This document shows, piece by piece, positions 59,022 to 64,000 of a stretch of 64,000 bases of DNA. The first letter of the stretch is position 1. Each line of letters begins with the position of its first letter. Position numbers and translations under genes: made by a program. Under the pieces are notes generated by a model, which was not told where the DNA came from, did no database searches, and saw only the letters and a list, made by a program, of their open reading frames with translations. The stretch is from assembly GCF_009914755.1 (NCBI RefSeq), contig NC_060925.1. One strand, 5' to 3'. The stretch is from the human T2T-CHM13v2.0 reference genome, Homo sapiens.

Positions 59022-59388
59022 TGTCTTGGTCTGCTATCGTAACAAAATACCATTGCCTGGGTGCCTTAAACTGAAATTTATTTTCTCACAGTTTTGGAGG
59101 ATAGGAAGTTCAAGATCAAGGTTCTGATAGGATTTGCTTTCTACTGAGGGCCCTCCTCCTGGTTTGCAGACAGCTGCCTTCTCACTGTGCCCTCGCATGG
59201 CAGAGAGAACAAGATCTCCGAGGTCTCTTCCTTTCATGAAGATACCAGCTCCATCAGATGAGGGCCCCACCTCATGACCTGACATAACCTTAATCACTTC
59301 CTGAAAGGCCCTGTCTCCAATTCAGTCACATGGAGGGCTTAAGGCTTCAACCTGCAAATTAGGGGGAGACACAATTCACTCCATAACA
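59022..59388 (-). mobile_element. MLT1A0-like solo LTR
   Basis: 'tttattttctcacagttttggagg...gacacaattcactccataaca'. Confidence 0.85.
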
Positions 59389-60077
59389 TGTATTATCTTC
59401 TAGTCCTCCCCACACCATAAATCCTAGAGGTACCTGAACTCCAGAAATAGGAAGAAAGCCCCTCTCCTAAATTCAGCTCTCTCCTTTACCTACTAGATCC
59501 TGAGCAACAATATTCATGCTTGGAATTTCATAAAGCTTCCCAAGAAAACTATCCTGCAGCTCTCTCTATCATGAAGATCAATTCCAGCTCTTTCTCTCAG
59601 TATAGCACAGGAAAAGAAAGCTTCCCTTTCACTTTCCCCATGTTTTCCCAAGTGTTCATGTACAAAATTCCTTCCTTTCCTTTATCTCCCAAATAGAGAC
59701 CGTATCCACACTCCACAAATATTAACTCATGCACACAGGCTGAAGGAGAGCTTTCCAGACGACCCCCACAGTCTGATGTTCAGTGTGGTTAGGCTGGTTC
59801 CTTCCGTTACCAGAGATCCTGGAGGATGCTTCCTTCACATATAGTCAAGTTGACCTGTCAGAGTGGGTGGAGTTGGGCACACAGCTTGTCAGTCATCCCT
59901 GTGTTGTAAATAAGCTGAACGCAGGATTCATCCCTCCAAGAGGAAATGAGGATATACTAACTGGGTGACCCAAAACAGAAAGAGACAGGCTATCTCAGAC
60001 CATCAAATGAAGCTGTCATGATGCAGACAGGCTTCAGGGAAAATGGTGCGTGTTATCTAGGCCGTGTTGCCATTATG

Positions 60078-60186
60078 TATGACAGCTGCATGTCCTGAAT
60101 TTTCTAGGTCAGTCCCGATTTCAAATATTCTATCACCTTGTCAGACCATGTATTCCGAATTTGCATTTGGAAAATGTGGCCACTAA
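60078..60186. mobile_element. short hAT-Blackjack-like MITE (MER81/MER94 type)
   Basis: 'tgtcctgaatt...cagtcccgattt...aaaatgtggccacta'. Confidence 0.45.
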
Positions 60187-61812
60187 ATCCTTGGGACACT
60201 GGATCAGCATATTAGTTTAGGGGGGTAGAATCAGCCTGAATAGTATTGATGAATATGTTTTAGAAAAATCAATCTTTCCTCAGGGGCAAAATTAGAGCTT
60301 ATAAACTGAAGTCACCAGACCTCTAGAAGGAGGAAAATAATGACTCTAAAGCCAGTATGAGAGTTTCTGCGGCCCTGGGAGGCATGTGTGAAACCAAATA
60401 GGGTAGGACTCTCTTCTTCGGCTGATGGGGCAGAGAAACTCTGAGGGAGAGTGGCCTCAGTGCCTGCGTGTGGGTACCCCCTTACCTCCAAGAGCCTCCC
60501 CCTGACAAGACAGAATGACCTGAGATGCTGGGCAAGGAATTGGCCTTAGATGCAGGTATTGGGAGAGAAACCTAAGGCTCCATTATTAATGTAGAATTGC
60601 ACTAACAAAATCTAAGACAGATCAGAAATGTGAACACACCATGATTTAGTATCCATCCCAAGGAGAGGTGACAGAGGAATACAGGATGGGCGTACACATC
60701 GAAAAGGGGCAAGGACATTGGGGATGATGATCCCTTCCAGTTTCAGTCTGAGGCACACTTGGTACATCAGCCCCTACCCCTGTACTCCTACAACTCCTCT
60801 GAGCAATGAATCTTAAAACCCTTTACAATTTAAGCGATTTACCAAAATTAGCAATCCATGGATACATTTATTCCCCTTGTCTTCAGGTAAATATAAAACT
60901 AAGGTTCTCTGAGACTATGGTCATTTTTGATATTAAAATTTCTATAGAGGGAAAAACCACCAGTATCAATGTCTTGATTTCTGACTAAGAAAATGCTTTG
61001 TGTTGTCTACCACCAGTATTTCCTGCTTTAGGCAAAACCCATACCCAGGGCCTCTGTGAGCCTAGATAATTTTTGTGCAAATTAGAAAAAGTGCCTCGAC
61101 CTCCAGGTGGCACAGCCCTCTTTCAGGGAAGCAGGTTTGGGAACAAAGTGCAGACTGGGCTGCAGAGCCACCTTACCCCGTGTCCGTGTGCTACCGTGTG
61201 TTCCAGGTCTGCCCACGGCCTCCCGCCCAGGTCTCATGGTGGTGGAGATTGTCAACTGGTCACAACCCATGCTTCAGGCATTTGTAATAAAACTTGCCAA
61301 ATCTGAAGTAATTTAAAGACAGGATCAGAAAACTATCTCCATAGAGATATATGTTCTCCAGATAGAGAGCACCCACAGGTTGAACTGTTTCATACAAAAG
61401 TCAATTGTTTTTTAAGACCTCAGAGCTTTAGAGATTGTTGATGTTTCTAGAGTTACCATGGGCATGCCATTTAACATGGATGCTACAGGGACCACAAGGA
61501 TGAATAGGGTACATTTTTTTCTCTTGAATCAGAACAGTTTTGTATGAGTGATAAGGTAGACATGCCTAAAAAGCCAATAAAAGTGCAATGCTGTATAAGT
61601 TTAAGTGTCAAGTGAGTGGAATTGAGATATGCTGCAGAAGTTCAGAAAAGAAGAGAACATCATGGGCCATAGGACTCACAGAGACTTCATGAAGAATTCA
61701 AATATATAAAATGGAGAAAGGAAGGGAAAGAATGATATATTTGAACAAAAATTGTCTAGTTTCAGGTGCAGAGGCAGTGAAAGGCAAAGAAGATGACAAG
61801 AACAAAACTTGA

Positions 61813-62188
<376 letters not shown>

Positions 62189-62249
62189 CTGGGAAGTAAA
62201 TATTTAAAAGACAACATTTATTTACAAAGTCAGCTAGGGGAACTCAAAA

Positions 62250-62460
62250 CATCAGAGACTTAGTAATAGAACAAACACAAGTTCAAAATCCAGCTCCACT
62301 CCTCATGAGTTACATAACCATGACATGTTTCTTAAACTCTCCAAAACTCCATTTCCTTATTTGTAAAAGTAGAAATAAAAAATGCCAGTTATCTAAGATA
62401 ATTAAGGAGATTGAAAGCAATACAGAATATATGTGTCTGCCATATAGTAGGTGTTCAGTA
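62250..62460 (+). mobile_element. MIR
   Basis: 'gttcaaaatccagctccact...tttccttatttgtaaaa...catatagtaggtgttcagta'. Confidence 0.7.
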
Positions 62461-62626
62461 CCCAGGAGCTCTTGGGATTATTTCAGCTTCAAAATCCTCT
62501 AACTATGAATGACCTGAAGGTAAAATAATCAATTTTATCTTTGACTTCTAAGACTACTGCAAACATCAATGGCTTCTATATGCATCAAAAATAACCAATT
62601 GTATATTGTAATGCAAGATGGACTCT

Positions 62627-63180
62627 TGTCAGGGTTCTTGGTTATAAACAACAGAAACTGATTCTGGCTATCTTAGGCAGAAACAAAGCTTATTGGTAGG
62701 GCATTAGGTAGTCCACTGCATTGACTAGGAACAGGGGTTCAGGAAGAACCAAGGCAAACAATGTTCAGCCAAGATCATGCCAAAGGCAATTGGCATAGCA
62801 CACCACCACTGATGCCACCATTGGATGCCCACTACCATGCTGCTGGACTGCTCCATCCCAGCAATTGCACCACCATGCCACTGAACAGAACTCTGGCCTC
62901 CAGGCACCTGCTATGCCAAAAAAAGTCTCTAACTAACCCTTTGACTTATCCTCTTAGTGTTTACAATCTGACAGTGACATTTCATTAACCAAGCTTAAAT
63001 TATATGTCCATTCTCTAGCTACCCAGGGTAGGAAGATAAAATGCCCCCACTACTTTATCTTCTGTAGTGAGAGATAAGTAGGAAACAGAGGCCCTCCTTT
63101 CCCATGCCTTGAGATTCTCCCAACATAGAAAAGGAGTATGGATGGCAAAATAGCAAAACTGCAAATGTCCAGTGTGCACT
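62627..63180 (-). mobile_element. old MLT1 LTR
   Basis: 'tgtcagggttcttggttataaacaacagaaactgattctggcta'. Confidence 0.6.
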
Positions 63181-64000
63181 AGCAATCAAAATCTGCTAAA
63201 TATACATGCACAAATCTGAAAAGAAATTAAGCAAGACCTATAGAAGAAAACTATAAAACTTTCCTCAATGAAGGAGAAGAGTCTAATATTAATGTCAAGG
63301 CATACCATGTTTCTGAAATAGAAGCCTCAATATAGTGAATATGTCAATCCTCTCCAGATCTACAAGTTCACTAAAATTTTCTATCAGAATTACAAGAGTT
63401 TTTATTTGTTCATGTTTTTTAAAATTTGACATTTCTAAAGTTTATACATAAAATGATTTATGTAAAAGAGCAAATAAATTTTTGGAAAAGAAAAATAAAT
63501 GAGTGTTTGTCATACAGATATCAAAATACACTATAAACCTACAACTGTATGGCATGGTATTGACTCAGGAATAGATTCATAAGTAAGTAGCAAACTAGCA
63601 CTCAGTCATTATACAAACAGACATTTAGTGTATATAAGAAGATATTTCAGATCAGTGGGGAATCAGGGATCAGAAAACCTTTTCTTTACAAGACAATATT
63701 ATAAATATTTTAGACTTTGGGGGACAAAGTCTCTGTTGCAACTACTCAACTCTGCTACTGTAGTGTGAAAACAGCCATAGGCAATACTAAACAAATAGCT
63801 GTGTTCCAACAAAACTTTATGTACAAAAACAGGTACTGAGCAAAATGTGGCCTTTGGACCACAGTTTGCCAACTTCTTGTGTAGACTAGTCAATAAATAG
63901 TGTTGAAATTAGCTTTTTGGAAAAAAGTCTGAACTCTCCCACTATGCACAAAAATAAAATCCATTTAAATGCAAGCATCTAAATGTGAAAATGAAAACTA
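63181..64000 (+). mobile_element. old L1M ORF2 fragment, interrupted by MER58A
   Basis: 'gaaaactataaaact', 'cagatatcaaaatacactataaa', 'caataaatagtgttgaaa'. Confidence 0.7.
63664..63880. mobile_element. MER58A hAT-Charlie MITE
   Basis: 'tctctgttgcaactactcaactctgctactgtagtgtgaaaacagccatag...cacagtttgccaac'. Confidence 0.85.

Overview
Primate (human-like) non-coding genomic DNA, intergenic or deep intronic. I can support no protein-coding gene, RNA gene, CpG island or CRISPR-like system. More than half of the window is interspersed repeat: about 15 Alus (J/S/Y, most with visible target-site duplications), a full-length degenerate ~8.2 kb L1PA13-like LINE carrying two Alus, short L1 3' fragments, many L2/MIR remnants and two CR1/L3 fossils. 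It also holds a full-length THE1C MaLR provirus, solo THE1B/THE1D/MST/MLT1/LTR33/LTR47 LTRs, a truncated MSTB element, and Tigger2/MER58/MER102 DNA-transposon fossils. The listed ORFs I could assign are repeat-derived and the rest look like chance ORFs. The most interesting observations are: (i) two perfect DUX4 motifs at the THE1C 5' LTR, one apparently gained de novo at the LTR/internal junction; (ii) a ~60-bp templated copy of nearby unique DNA patched into the MST internal region; (iii) a 51-bp-period tandem palindrome array; (iv) several motif-dense or CpG-retaining unique stretches that look like enhancers. Subfamily names come from recalled consensus sequences, not a database run. Boundaries without TSDs are approximate.
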